Origin: Parcubacteria group bacterium Gr01-1014_3
GTDB lineage: Bacteria; Patescibacteriota; Minisyncoccia; UBA6257; WO2-44-18
Assembly (NCBI GenBank): GCA_007376445.1
Contig: VMGF01000001.1
Location: 21,802-85,801, forward strand
Length of the DNA: 64,000 nt
Direction of reading: 5' to 3'
Part shown: piece by piece, positions 50,807-61,025 of the stretch
Layout: each line of letters begins with the position of its first letter
How positions within the stretch are numbered: position 1 is the first letter of the stretch
Position numbers and translations under genes: made by a program
Notes under the pieces: generated by a model
The model's input: the letters and a program-made list of their open reading frames with translations, nothing else
Databases searched by the model: none
Told to the model about the DNA's origin: nothing

Positions 50807-51670
50807 CTACTCGTGTTCTGATTTTATTTTCCCTTTTAGCGTCCTTAATTCTGCCAGCGCTTTATTGGCTTCTTCTTTATTCGGCGGTTTGCCGTGCCAG
50901 TTGTAATCATTTTCCATGAAGCTCACTCCCTTCCCCGGAATCGTGTGCGCGATGATCACAGTCGGTTTTTCATAAATCGCCTGCGCTTCAGTGATCGCGT
51001 CCACGAACTGCTCGATATTATGGCCATCAACTTCCAGCACGTGCCAGCCGAAAGATTCATATTTAGATCGGAATGGCTCAAGCGGCATGATATTTTCCGT
51101 AAAGCCATCGATCTGAATATTGTTACGATCCACCACCATCGTGAGATTGCTCAACCGATTTTTTCCGGCAAACATCGCCGCTTCCCAGGTGTTGCCGCAA
51201 TCATGCTCTCCGTCAGAAGTAAGCGCGTAAACCCGGTATTTCTTTTTATCCATTCGCGCCGCGAGCGCCATACCCACTGCTTGTGAAAGTCCGGAGCCAA
51301 GCGGGCCGGAAGTAGTTTCCATACCCGGAAGAGAAGTCCTATGCGGATGCCCCTGAAGCCGGGAATTTATTTTGCGGAGAGTTTTTAATTCGGAAATCGG
51401 AAAATATCCCGCGTGCGCCATGGTTACATACCGCACCGGGCAAATATGACCGTTGGAAAGAACTAGCCGATCTCGCTCCGGCCAATCCGGCCGTTTCGGA
51501 TCATGATTCAAAATATGAAAATAAAAAGCGGTGAAGATATCAGTCATGCCGAGCGGACCGGCTGAATGACCGGAACCGGCCTGAACCAGCGTCTCAATAA
51601 TATCCTCACGGATCTCAGTCGCCTTTTCCTCGAGGAATTTTAATTTTTTATCGTGCAGAGCGGGGAGCAT
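50807..51670 (-). CDS. transketolase, N-terminal subunit
   Basis: SGHSAG, RDRLVLSNGH, SDGE...N, AHTIPGKG. Confidence 0.95.
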   Translation of the reverse strand: MLPALHDKKLKFLEEKATEIREDIIETLVQAGSGHSAGPLGMTDIFTAFYFHILNHDPKRPDWPERDRLVLSNGHICPVRYVTMAHAGYFPISELKTLRKINSRLQGHPHRTSLPGMETTSGPLGSGLSQAVGMALAARMDKKKYRVYALTSDGEHDCGNTWEAAMFAGKNRLSNLTMVVDRNNIQIDGFTENIMPLEPFRSKYESFGWHVLEVDGHNIEQFVDAITEAQAIYEKPTVIIAHTIPGKGVSFMENDYNWHGKPPNKEEANKALAELRTLKGKIKSEHE

Positions 51671-51750
51671 TATAATTTTCAATTTTTAAACTGTTTGTGA
51701 ATTGGGTCATTGTAAATTGATTGAAAATTGCAAAATTGTTAATTGGAAAT

Positions 51751-52422
51751 TTATAATCTGGAAAGTTCTTCAAACGCCGCTTTCGGGTCAGTGCTACTGA
51801 ATATGTAAGACGCCGAGATTAGTATGTCCGCCCCGGCTTCTCGAGCTAATTGGGCGGTTTCTTGGTTAATACCGCCATCTACTTCAATTATAGCATCCGG
51901 CGCGTTGACTCTAAGGAACTTAATCTTCCCCAGGATCTTTGGATCAAAGGACTGGCCAGCCCAGCCCGGCGGGACGGCCAATAATTGAAGGTATTTAAAG
52001 TCGTCTTTGTGAGCTAAAAGCCGCTCCACATCCGTACCCGGATTGATCGCAAGCATCGCTTCCACTCCATATTTTTTACATTTTTCCAGAAGATAGACAG
52101 AATCCGTCATCGCTTCCAGGTGAAAGATCACCCGCTGAATTTTTCCGGTCCTTAACCAGCTATCAATCACCGCTTCGGGACTGGAAACCATCAGGTGTAA
52201 TTCAACTTTGACCGATGACAAATGACCGATGACATTAACCAGCTCAGCAGGGCTTCCCCAAGTCGTGTTGGGTGAAAAAATCCCGTCTACTATATCCAAG
52301 TGCGCCCACCCATCCTTCGCCAAGGCTTCGGAGGGCAAGTTCGCAAATATATTTTGAACGATTTTAAACTGGCGAGCGGCCTCTTCCGCATTCTGAACAT
52401 TAATCGCGGGAATAACTTGCAT
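51751..52422 (-). CDS. rpe: ribulose-phosphate 3-epimerase
   Basis: HLDIVDG, ELHLMV, EVDGGIN. Confidence 0.93.
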   Translation of the reverse strand: MQVIPAINVQNAEEAARQFKIVQNIFANLPSEALAKDGWAHLDIVDGIFSPNTTWGSPAELVNVIGHLSSVKVELHLMVSSPEAVIDSWLRTGKIQRVIFHLEAMTDSVYLLEKCKKYGVEAMLAINPGTDVERLLAHKDDFKYLQLLAVPPGWAGQSFDPKILGKIKFLRVNAPDAIIEVDGGINQETAQLAREAGADILISASYIFSSTDPKAAFEELSRL

Positions 52423-52440
52423 GGCTTAAGTATAACAAAA

Positions 52441-52660
52441 TTACCCACGCACTAATTTTGCCTTTTCAATATTTAAATTTTTCTATCTTTAAGTCTTTTT
52501 TAAATTAAAACAGCGATACGCTGGGGATCACGGCTATTCGCCGCCCGCGTATCGCTATTTATATATCTGCAAAATTAGTGCGGGGTTATCGTTTTGTTCC
52601 TAAAATTTCGGCTCCTTCGGCAAGCTCAGGATTGAAATTTTAGACAAAGCCGATAAAAAA
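52441..52660. repeat. large structured dispersed element, copy 2
   Basis: Matches 42419-42747; the variable loop is a CCTTCGGCAAGCTCAGG element. Confidence 0.88.
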
Positions 52661-52676
52661 GACCCCTTATTGGGGT

Positions 52677-53195
52677 CTAAAGTATTCCCTTCTGCTTCAT
52701 GTGCCAAAGAATCGATCGCCAGGCTGGTTCGAGATCAAAGCCAAGCGCCACGTCTGGATCAGCCCAGGTCAGCGACCCGTGCTTCGTCGGCTCCATGATC
52801 GCGCCAAGTTCCCGGTCGATTTCAATCAGCATGATGTACCAGTGGTGATTCTTGGCCTTACGGCAAGGATTCGAGGCCCAGAGCTCAAGTACGATAGAAG
52901 CACTCTTCAGCGCCTTATTGATCCCCGTCTCTTCCTCAAGCTCACGCAGCCCAGCGTAGAATGGATGCTCATCCTTCTCGATGTGGCCAGCCGGGCAAGC
53001 ATAGCCAAGACCGGGATCGAACTCACAATTGGACGAATCTTTTCCGCCGTAGATGCCCTTCAGGCGATCCAGTAGCAAAATCTTGCCAGTTGGAGCACGG
53101 ACTACCATCCCAACACTCGCGCATTCGGCATCAAACGGGCCAATCTCACGAATCGTAATCGGATACTCGCAACGCGGGATTCTGGGAATTTCCAC
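52677..53195 (-). CDS. NUDIX hydrolase (SD-led, GTG start)
   Basis: PAGHIEKDE...GLRELEEETG; AAAGGAGG upstream. Confidence 0.85.
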   Translation of the reverse strand: MEIPRIPRCEYPITIREIGPFDAECASVGMVVRAPTGKILLLDRLKGIYGGKDSSNCEFDPGLGYACPAGHIEKDEHPFYAGLRELEEETGINKALKSASIVLELWASNPCRKAKNHHWYIMLIEIDRELGAIMEPTKHGSLTWADPDVALGFDLEPAWRSILWHMKQKGIL

Positions 53196-53515
53196 TAGTT
53201 GCCTCCTTTCAGGCGTTGCAGGTTCAATGAAACATTTTTACCGCTGTGTTTCCGTAAAGCTTCCGCGAACTTTTTCACCAGCTCGACGGCCGCTTTCTCA
53301 CGTTCTTCCGTAATCATCAAGATTTGCGGCTGCCAATGTGGTTCAAGCGAAAATCCATCGATCAAGATAACGTCCATGGTGAAGCAGGGATCGTCTTTGC
53401 CTGCGGGCAAAACTTCAATGACTTTCCCTTCTCTGACCCAGTCATTAAATTCAAAACCGGATTTTCTAGCCGCGTACAAAACATAATTGTACGCCTCCAT
53501 AGGATGCATGCCCAT
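53195..53515 (-). CDS. hypothetical protein (SD-led)
   Basis: GAGGAG; TTGCCA-17-TACTAT overlapping the rpiB stop. Confidence 0.7.
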   Translation of the reverse strand: MGMHPMEAYNYVLYAARKSGFEFNDWVREGKVIEVLPAGKDDPCFTMDVILIDGFSLEPHWQPQILMITEEREKAAVELVKKFAEALRKHSGKNVSLNLQRLKGGN

Positions 53516-53556
53516 CTCTAGCTCCTCAAAAAACTGACTAAATAGTACTATAAATT

Positions 53557-53991
53557 TTAAAACTTGGCAAGGCGACGAACATGACGCTCCTCGCCAGTAA
53601 ATGGCGTGCCTAGCCAAAGATCGATAGCTTTCAGCGCTTCATCTTCCGCCACAAACCTCGCACCGATTGCAAGCAAATTGGAATTATTGTGTTCACGCGA
53701 CAATCGAACAATCTCTGTGTTACCTCCATAATAAACCGCCGCGCGAACATTCTTTTGACGATTAGCCACCATCGCCTCCCCTTGTCCGGAGCCCCCAATG
53801 AAGATCGCCCGATTTTCCGGATTCTCTGAAAGCGCTTTTGCCGCCGGGATCATAAAGTCCGGATAGTCATCTAGCTCGCTGTATTCCGAAGCGCCAAAAT
53901 CCTGAACCTCGTGGCCCTTCTCCTGCAAAAACTTTTTAACTTTTTCTTTTAGTTCAAAACCCGCGTGATCCGCGGCGAGATAAATTTTCAT
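53557..53991 (-). CDS. rpiB: ribose-5-phosphate isomerase B
   Basis: ADHAG, GGSGQGE, SREHNNSN, RHVRR. Confidence 0.94.
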   Translation of the reverse strand: MKIYLAADHAGFELKEKVKKFLQEKGHEVQDFGASEYSELDDYPDFMIPAAKALSENPENRAIFIGGSGQGEAMVANRQKNVRAAVYYGGNTEIVRLSREHNNSNLLAIGARFVAEDEALKAIDLWLGTPFTGEERHVRRLAKF

Positions 53992-53994
53992 AAT

Positions 53995-55044
53995 TTAAAG
54001 ATACTCAGCGGCTTTTTCTACGTGTTGCATCAGTGTAGCCACATACCCGAACTCGTTGTCATACCAGGACAAAACTTTTACTAAATCCCCATCCACGACC
54101 CTGGTGTAGGTCAGATCCACCACCGCGCCGTAAGGTTCACCGATCACATCCGAAGACACGATCTGATCCTCGGCAATTTTCAAAATATTTTTCCACTGGG
54201 CGGATTTTGCGGCTTTGCGGAAAATTTCATTTACTTCCTCTACCGTAGTTTTACGGGAAGCCACGAAAGTAATGTCGGCGAGCGAACCAGCTACGATCGG
54301 CACGCGATAAGCCAAGCCATCAAACTTGCCTTCCAGCTCTGGAATTGGCCGGGTCACGGAAATCGCCGCGCCCGTGAATGACGGAGAGATATTCACCGCC
54401 GCCGCTCGGCCACGCCGGTAATCTTTGCCTTTAGTTGGACCGTCCACCAAATTCTGCGTGGCGGTGTAGCCGTGAACTGTCGCGAGCATCGCTTTTTTAA
54501 CTCCAGGATTCTCCGACATGATCGCGATCACCGGATGAGTAGCGTTGGTAGTACAGGAACCGTTAGAAGTGATCTTGCAGAATTTAAAAGCCTCTTCATT
54601 AATTCCCATCAACACGGTCTTGGCATCATCGCGCTCCGCGTCTTTAGCTGGCGCGGTGATCACCACTCGCCTGGCTCCCGCGGTTAAATGACCTGAGGCC
54701 AATCCGAAAGATTCAAAAGCCCCGGTGGATTCCACGACAATGTCTATCTTTAAGTCTCTCCAGGGAAGCATATTTAATTCTTTTTCCTGGATCACTTTAA
54801 TTTTTCTTTGCCCTGAGCTCGCCGAAGGGTTGCCCACAACTAAATAACCCTCTTCTCCATGGCGTTCTACCTTCACCTCTTGATCATAAGTGCGATAAAC
54901 TGAGTCGTATTTTAATAAGTAAGCTAAATTATCAATGTCACCGAGGTCATTTATAGCCACAATTTCAAAGCCTTTCTTGCCGAACATCTGGCGGAAAAAT
55001 AGCCTACCAATCCGCCCAAAGCCGTTAATTGCGATGCGTGTCAT
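53995..55044 (-). CDS. gap: glyceraldehyde-3-phosphate dehydrogenase
   Basis: INGFGRIGR, SCTTN, WYDNE. Confidence 0.97.
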   Translation of the reverse strand: MTRIAINGFGRIGRLFFRQMFGKKGFEIVAINDLGDIDNLAYLLKYDSVYRTYDQEVKVERHGEEGYLVVGNPSASSGQRKIKVIQEKELNMLPWRDLKIDIVVESTGAFESFGLASGHLTAGARRVVITAPAKDAERDDAKTVLMGINEEAFKFCKITSNGSCTTNATHPVIAIMSENPGVKKAMLATVHGYTATQNLVDGPTKGKDYRRGRAAAVNISPSFTGAAISVTRPIPELEGKFDGLAYRVPIVAGSLADITFVASRKTTVEEVNEIFRKAAKSAQWKNILKIAEDQIVSSDVIGEPYGAVVDLTYTRVVDGDLVKVLSWYDNEFGYVATLMQHVEKAAEYL

Positions 55045-55062
55045 TGTTATTTTAATTATACA

Positions 55063-55452
55063 TTATATGTTCAACAAACGGAGGCCGGTCCCTTTATCCA
55101 ATTTCCTAGATAATCCGGCTTCTGGGAGAATCGTAAGCTCTAAAGTACCGCCAACCGTGGCGCTCAAGAGATGGCCGCCAAAGGCCTGGAAATTCTTTTT
55201 ACCCAGCACGGCATGAATATGCATAAAATCTTTTCCTTCAGCTTGCGCTAGATTGCCAACTAGACTCGGCACTTCAAATGGCCCGTCAAATTTCTTTTCG
55301 TTATACTTCCTGGTCTTAAGATCATAAAAAGCCAGCTCGGCTTTCAAGAATCCACCAAGCCCAAAAAATGAAGCGCTTTTAATTTTGTGTTTTTGGAAAT
55401 ACCGCTTAAGCGCGGGAATAAAATCCTCTCCCTTTTTGAAAACAATCATCAT
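55063..55452 (-). CDS. PPC/DUF296 domain protein
   Basis: SLVGNL, HIHAVLG, GGHL. Confidence 0.88.
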   Translation of the reverse strand: MMIVFKKGEDFIPALKRYFQKHKIKSASFFGLGGFLKAELAFYDLKTRKYNEKKFDGPFEVPSLVGNLAQAEGKDFMHIHAVLGKKNFQAFGGHLLSATVGGTLELTILPEAGLSRKLDKGTGLRLLNI

Positions 55453-55517
55453 TACTCTAGTTTACCAAGAGATAAGCCTCATCACCAACTTTTAGGTTAA
55501 GGATATTGGTCGACTAA

Positions 55518-56930
55518 TCAGTATACCCTTACCAAAACTCCAAGAGAGCCATGATAAATAACTTCTGATTTATCAATTTTAAATGCCTTAAAAATCGGCG
55601 CCGGAATCAAAATAAAAGATGGCCGTTGAATCTTGGTATCATTTTCAAAATTCCATATTTCTCTGCCGCCACTATAATAAACAAGCGTGTCGCGGTAGGG
55701 CCAAGCATATGCATAGACAGGCATCGCTTCTCCCGTAATCTTTTTTCCAATGACCCGCTCCTCCTCCGCGAGAAAATACTTACTTATAACGCCTTTCGGA
55801 TAAATTACTTTATCAAAATATATTGGGAAAAATATTTGCACCGAAGTCAGAACAAGTGCGATCAAGGATAACCCCACAACCCCTAGGCCAAAACCCGGGC
55901 TACCTAGCCTAGATTTTATGCGATCAAGACTGATGGCTATAAAAATTGAGGCAAGCGGATAAATCGGAACTAGGTAATAAACTAGCTTGGTTTTCGAGAG
56001 TGAGAATAATATAAAAACGAAAGCCGCGCTTAAAAATATGGCTACCTCGGGTCGTGATCTAGTAATATTTTTCCTATCAAAAATTGCCATATATACTGCT
56101 AATAATATAAGAACTAGAAACCATGGTTCGCTCTGATAGAATAGATTTTTAAAATAAAACCAAACCCCTGGATCATTTCCCAGGATAGCCTCCGTAAACC
56201 TATTTAAAATATGATAACCAAAATAATTATTCCAAAACGCGAAACCAAACTTAACCGACTGATAGATATGCCATGGTAATATAAGCACTATGGCTATAAT
56301 TCCGGATAGCCAAAAATATTTATTTTTCACACACGCCCAATCCTTATTTAAAGCACAAAATATTAAAATTATTGGTATGGCCAAAAATCCGATAACGCTT
56401 TTAAACAAAACTCCGGTCGCGACACCAACGCCAACGCCTAAAAACCATTTGGGATTACCGCGAGCCTGCAAAAAGGAAAATATGCCAAACAAGATCGACG
56501 CAACGACAGGAACGTCCATGCGCACCTGACGGCTGGCGTCCAAAAAGGCGCCGGTTGTTAATAAAATCACCGCCGCTAACAATGCAGCTTTTTTACTATT
56601 CGATAAACGAAGGGTGATGAGATAGGTTAAATAAATTGCCAAGATCGCCAATAGCGCTGTCGGCAATCTCATAGCAAATTCATTTTCGCCGAATATAGCG
56701 ACACTGCCGGCCATCAGCCAAAAATATAGAGGCGGCTTTTCAAACCAACTCTGGCCAAGCCGTGTAAAATTCAAAAAATCCCCTCGCTGCCAACTTTCAT
56801 GAAAAACCTGCGCATAGTGCGCCTCGTCAGAATCAATCAATGGGCCACTGCCCAGACTGATTAATACAAAGACTAATGCGAAAATAATAAGTATCGCTAA
56901 AGAATATTTGCGTAAAAACTCAGATGGCAT
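55518..56930 (-). CDS. ArnT/GT39-family membrane glycosyltransferase
   Basis: DEAHY, EKPPLYFW, multiple TM helices. Confidence 0.9.
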   Translation of the reverse strand: MPSEFLRKYSLAILIIFALVFVLISLGSGPLIDSDEAHYAQVFHESWQRGDFLNFTRLGQSWFEKPPLYFWLMAGSVAIFGENEFAMRLPTALLAILAIYLTYLITLRLSNSKKAALLAAVILLTTGAFLDASRQVRMDVPVVASILFGIFSFLQARGNPKWFLGVGVGVATGVLFKSVIGFLAIPIILIFCALNKDWACVKNKYFWLSGIIAIVLILPWHIYQSVKFGFAFWNNYFGYHILNRFTEAILGNDPGVWFYFKNLFYQSEPWFLVLILLAVYMAIFDRKNITRSRPEVAIFLSAAFVFILFSLSKTKLVYYLVPIYPLASIFIAISLDRIKSRLGSPGFGLGVVGLSLIALVLTSVQIFFPIYFDKVIYPKGVISKYFLAEEERVIGKKITGEAMPVYAYAWPYRDTLVYYSGGREIWNFENDTKIQRPSFILIPAPIFKAFKIDKSEVIYHGSLGVLVRVY

Positions 56931-57853
56931 TACTTAACAATTCTCACCAAATCTTCGCCCCGAATTGCATTATTAGAATTTGTTTTGCCTTTTAGGACCC
57001 CAACAGTATCGCCAACCTGGAAGCCAGCTCTGGCAGTATAAAAGTGGCAAATCAAATCCAACCTGTTATCCATATTAACGTCTTCCGAGCCACTACACTT
57101 TTTCAAGCTAAGCTCATTGCCAATCTTCCCAAACGTTAAGGAAGATATGTCTACACTGCCTGGAGCATCAAAGTCTTGACTAGACAAAATCGCGACCGGG
57201 ATATTTCCGTTGCTTCCGGTATTAACCGAGTTTGGATAGCTTCCGGGCTTTATATCAATAGCTACATTTAAAACAGTTGAACCAAGGAGTCTAAAAGTGA
57301 GATCATTGCCGGGGAAGTAATCCCAACCATAACTACGCCGCAACATCAAACGGCCGGCTGGATAGGCATCTATAGAGTCGCTGGCTCTTATGTCAAAAAC
57401 ACCGCCCTGAACATTGGGAACTTCTATGACAAGCGCATAGGGTTGGTTCGCTCTCAACTGCAATGGAGACGCGGAAGTTTCTACAACTGTCGGGAAATTA
57501 TCCAAATCACCAGGTTCGGTTGTTGGATAACTACCAATTAAAACGGCCGCTGGGTCGTCAGGAAATGCAGACATTGATGGTAATTCGTAAAAATCAATTC
57601 TCGCGGGACCTCCATTGATACGCGCTGGCATCTGAACTTCCGTTAATGACCCAGCGACCGCCAAAATAAAGTTTTGTGCAAAGGCATCATTACTTCGCGG
57701 AGCTGGATGATTAGGGTATATCGAATATGTCCTTGTGCTAATAAGCTGCTCAAACAATACATCCTGTTGCTGCTGGGCGGACGCCATTCCTGCCAAAAAC
57801 GTTATAGCGACAAGCGCTAAGCCTTGTGCCGTTAATATTATGTGTTTTTTCAT
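56930..57853 (-). CDS. secreted hypothetical protein
   Basis: Signal peptide; C-terminal IDIKPGSYPNSVN...DVNMDNRLDLICHF domain. Confidence 0.75.
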   Translation of the reverse strand: MKKHIILTAQGLALVAITFLAGMASAQQQQDVLFEQLISTRTYSIYPNHPAPRSNDAFAQNFILAVAGSLTEVQMPARINGGPARIDFYELPSMSAFPDDPAAVLIGSYPTTEPGDLDNFPTVVETSASPLQLRANQPYALVIEVPNVQGGVFDIRASDSIDAYPAGRLMLRRSYGWDYFPGNDLTFRLLGSTVLNVAIDIKPGSYPNSVNTGSNGNIPVAILSSQDFDAPGSVDISSLTFGKIGNELSLKKCSGSEDVNMDNRLDLICHFYTARAGFQVGDTVGVLKGKTNSNNAIRGEDLVRIVK

Positions 57854-57889
57854 TATTTGATTATACCAAAATTAATCTTATTAAGTGGC

Positions 57890-58357
57890 CTAGTTTACCA
57901 AGAGATAGACTTCATCACCAGCTTTAATATTGGATATCTTCGCCATGCCAGCGTTGATCTCAAGAACATTATCAATCGGCTCGGGCGGGAAATAGGCCCT
58001 GGGATCGGAAGAACTATCCGGTGGAGCGTCGCGTTCTATGCCGACCACTCGTCCATCCGTAATCCAAATAAAGTCTAAAGGGAACTCCATCCCCCGCATC
58101 CAGAAGCTGTGAAAGCCCTGGTCTTCAAACACAAAAAGCATTCCCTCGTCGCTTCCCAGCTCTTTCCGGCCCGACAGACCTTGGGCGCGGGAACGCTGAT
58201 CATCCACGATCTGTACCCGGAATTTCGCTGGGCCGATACCAAGAATTCCAATCCGCGGCTCTGGCTTTAAAAATCCGCCAGCGATCGTCAGCGTGGCGAT
58301 CAAAGCAACCAGAGTGATCACGAAAGCGAGACCTGAATATTTAAAAAGTTTGGGCAT
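57890..58357 (-). CDS. DUF192 domain protein
   Basis: GLSGR, GMLFVF, FWMRGMEFPLDFIWI, VLEINAG. Confidence 0.92.
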   Translation of the reverse strand: MPKLFKYSGLAFVITLVALIATLTIAGGFLKPEPRIGILGIGPAKFRVQIVDDQRSRAQGLSGRKELGSDEGMLFVFEDQGFHSFWMRGMEFPLDFIWITDGRVVGIERDAPPDSSSDPRAYFPPEPIDNVLEINAGMAKISNIKAGDEVYLLVN

Positions 58358-58840
58358 TTATTTATGTATTAATCTAAAAACGACAATACCAAAAGCCACG
58401 GCGACATTCAGCGATTCTTTTTTTCCATGCATCGGAATTTCCAAGATTTTATCGGCTTTTTTGAGAATTGCTGGCGATAAACCTCGCACCTCGTTGCCTA
58501 CGACGAGGGCAATTTTCAATTTTAAATTATCAATTTTCAATTTATGATACGGAATAGATTTTTTGGACTGTTCGATCGCGAAAATTTTATATCCCTCTTT
58601 TTTTAATCTATCAATCAGCCTTGAAGTTCCTTGCGCTGAGCGCGCCGAAGCGTCCCACGGCACGCTCTTTTCTCCGCCGAGCGCCACCTTGGTCAACTGC
58701 GGGCGCGGACGGCCAAAAATATCCACCGGCTCAGGCGTGATTCCGCCAAGATAGACTTTTTCTATCCCCGCGGCATCAGCCGTGCGGAAGATTGAGCCGA
58801 CATTATGCAGGCTGCGGATGTTATGAAGAATTGCGATCAT
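58358..58840 (-). CDS. TrmH/SpoU RNA methyltransferase
   Basis: NVGSIFRTAD, GNEVRG, ESLNVAVA. Confidence 0.92.
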   Translation of the reverse strand: MIAILHNIRSLHNVGSIFRTADAAGIEKVYLGGITPEPVDIFGRPRPQLTKVALGGEKSVPWDASARSAQGTSRLIDRLKKEGYKIFAIEQSKKSIPYHKLKIDNLKLKIALVVGNEVRGLSPAILKKADKILEIPMHGKKESLNVAVAFGIVVFRLIHK

Positions 58841-58901
58841 CTTATTAATTGTAGCAATAAAAGACCCCGTCCTTTCCTTAGAAAGAGCGGGGTTAACTAT
58901 T

Positions 58902-59174
58902 TTAGCCGCCGGTGAACCGCGTGTTCTCGTAACGAATGACATAGCGCATCTTAGTGCTGGGTGGCATCGCCACGTCAACCTTGGTCGGAGATGTAATACT
59001 GAACTTCCGATGTCTCCGCGCGATCATGCGGGCTGTTTTAGTGTTCAGTGGAATATCATAACCATTGGTTACATTCCGCAAACCAACCAGCTTGTCATCT
59101 TCAAAGGTCGCGAGATACTCGATCCATATTCCTAGCCGCGAATGCTTTCGCCAAAGCTTCCACTCTATTTGCAT
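58902..59174 (-). CDS. hypothetical protein (SD-led)
   Basis: GAGGTG upstream; TTGACG promoter near 59229; terminator. Confidence 0.68.
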   Translation of the reverse strand: MQIEWKLWRKHSRLGIWIEYLATFEDDKLVGLRNVTNGYDIPLNTKTARMIARRHRKFSITSPTKVDVAMPPSTKMRYVIRYENTRFTGG

Positions 59175-59267
59175 GTGCCACCTCGGGAAAATGTAAGGAA
59201 ACTATATCAGTATATTGAGATTGCGTCAACAATGTAAAACCCCCACTTTTTAAGTGGGGGTCCTTGC

Positions 59268-59600
59268 TTACTTCAGATTCCGTTTCACGAGTATATCGAT
59301 CTGTTCCTCGCTCAAGTCATCCGCGCCGTGTTTTTGAACAGCTTCCAGCGAATTCTGGAAATCATCGATCTCATGAGTATCCTTCTGATACTTCCGGTCT
59401 CGATACTTGGAAACCGCGAGATTGAATAAGGATACCGACAGAAACCCAGCGGCTAGAAATCCGGCCAGATACATGAAAACCATAATGCCATGGAAGGACA
59501 TCAGGAAAATGGCCATTCCGACCGAACCGGCCAGGAAAGTCCACGGAGCGATCGCGTCCGCGTGCTTGTCCAGCACTAGACTGATCATTCTCTTGATCAT
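59268..59600 (-). CDS. two-TM hypothetical protein (SD-led)
   Basis: GGAGGT upstream. Confidence 0.7.
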   Translation of the reverse strand: MIKRMISLVLDKHADAIAPWTFLAGSVGMAIFLMSFHGIMVFMYLAGFLAAGFLSVSLFNLAVSKYRDRKYQKDTHEIDDFQNSLEAVQKHGADDLSEEQIDILVKRNLK

Positions 59601-59641
59601 GACTACCTCCGAGTTATGTGTTCAGAACTGACAGTATTATA

Positions 59642-59890
59642 TCAATAAACTCGGTTTTTGTCCACACAGGAACACGCCCCACCGCGATAAGTCATCACCG
59701 TCGCCTGCTCCATGTATTCCGGATTCTTTTTCTTGAATCCTGCCACACAGATAAGCTGATCGCGACCCGTATCACCAGCGCAACAAAAAACTTTCCGGGA
59801 AGTCTCGCCCACGAACACCAACTCATCTTCCTTAAACTTCCGATGGCAAAACTCGCATTCCAGCGCCGCGCCCATGTAAAAGTTCTTCAC
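59642..59890 (-). CDS. Cys-rich hypothetical protein (SD-led, GTG start)
   Basis: TAAGGAGGTG; CEFC, CC, CSC. Confidence 0.68.
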   Translation of the reverse strand: MKNFYMGAALECEFCHRKFKEDELVFVGETSRKVFCCAGDTGRDQLICVAGFKKKNPEYMEQATVMTYRGGACSCVDKNRVY

Positions 59891-59968
59891 TTAGCACCTC
59901 CTTAAGTTCTGGTTAGACTGTAAATAAAAATGACCCCTTCGTAAAGGGGTCATCTGAACCTTTTGGGT

Positions 59969-60247
59969 TCAGTTCCGATTGAACCAGTCCGGCGACTCGT
60001 GGGCCAGATCGGCGTCGACCTTGGACTTGAACGCCCGCGCTCGCCGATTGCGGGCAGCCGCATACCGGGATCGGATCACGCGGATCGTGATGCCGATATG
60101 CGCCGCGCCGATCAATATCAGGGTCACGGCGCCTCCGAAGAACAACGGCCAGAGGTCCTGCAGCTTCAGGACCTCCACCGCGAAGACGACCGATCCGCTG
60201 AACACCAGCGCGAACATCGCGAGAACGAAGATCTCGATCCGGTTCAT
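59969..60247 (-). CDS. two-TM hypothetical protein (SD-led, GC-rich)
   Basis: GAAAGGA; TTGACA...TATAAT at about 60306-60278. Confidence 0.7.
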   Translation of the reverse strand: MNRIEIFVLAMFALVFSGSVVFAVEVLKLQDLWPLFFGGAVTLILIGAAHIGITIRVIRSRYAAARNRRARAFKSKVDADLAHESPDWFNRN

Positions 60248-60330
60248 AGTCAATCCTTTCTTAAATGTCCTGTTAGCATTATACCAAAATATAGCCTATT
60301 TGTCAAGCCCTCTCAATTTCCCCTATTTAC

Positions 60331-60948
60331 CTACTCAATCGTCACCTTTTGCATCACCACTGGCTGAACCGGGCGGTCGCCGGAGCCGGTCTGTACCTTG
60401 CCGATCTTATCTACCACCTCCTGGCCCTCGATCACCTTGCCGAAGATCGTGTAATTATACGGGAGCGGATAATCCGCTAACATCACGAAGAACTGACTGC
60501 CGTTGGTGTTGGGACCGGAGTTCGCCATCGCCACGATACCCTTTTTATATCCTTGCTTCGCCAGCGCCTGGGAGTTCAATTCATCCTCGAATTTATAACC
60601 CGGACCGCCAGTGCCGGTGCCATTCGGATCTCCGCCCTGGATCATAAAACCGCCGATGATCCTGTGAAAGATCAAGCCGTCATAAAAGTTATTCAAAGCC
60701 AGCTTTTTGAAGTTCTCGCTGGTCTTCGGCGCCTCGGCTCCGTAAAACTGGAATTTGAAAGTTCCGTAATTCGTCTCTACTACCGCCACCTTTCCTTCCG
60801 CTACTTTTTTATTGATTTCTTCTTGTGTCATGGTTGGTTGATTATTATTTTCCGCCGACTGCGGATTGGTATTATTGTCGTTCAATATAAACATCGCCCC
60901 GATTCCGATAATGCCTAACACTAAAACCGCTCCTAAAATTTTATACAT
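60331..60948 (-). CDS. membrane-anchored cyclophilin-type peptidyl-prolyl isomerase
   Basis: FHRIIGGFMIQGGDP, AMANSGPNTNGSQFF. Confidence 0.95.
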   Translation of the reverse strand: MYKILGAVLVLGIIGIGAMFILNDNNTNPQSAENNNQPTMTQEEINKKVAEGKVAVVETNYGTFKFQFYGAEAPKTSENFKKLALNNFYDGLIFHRIIGGFMIQGGDPNGTGTGGPGYKFEDELNSQALAKQGYKKGIVAMANSGPNTNGSQFFVMLADYPLPYNYTIFGKVIEGQEVVDKIGKVQTGSGDRPVQPVVMQKVTIE

Positions 60949-61025
60949 ATGAAAGATTCTACCACTGGTTGACCGGAAATTCAAAATCTGCGAAGATGAC
61001 TCTGTTCTTTTATAGGAGGCGGCGA

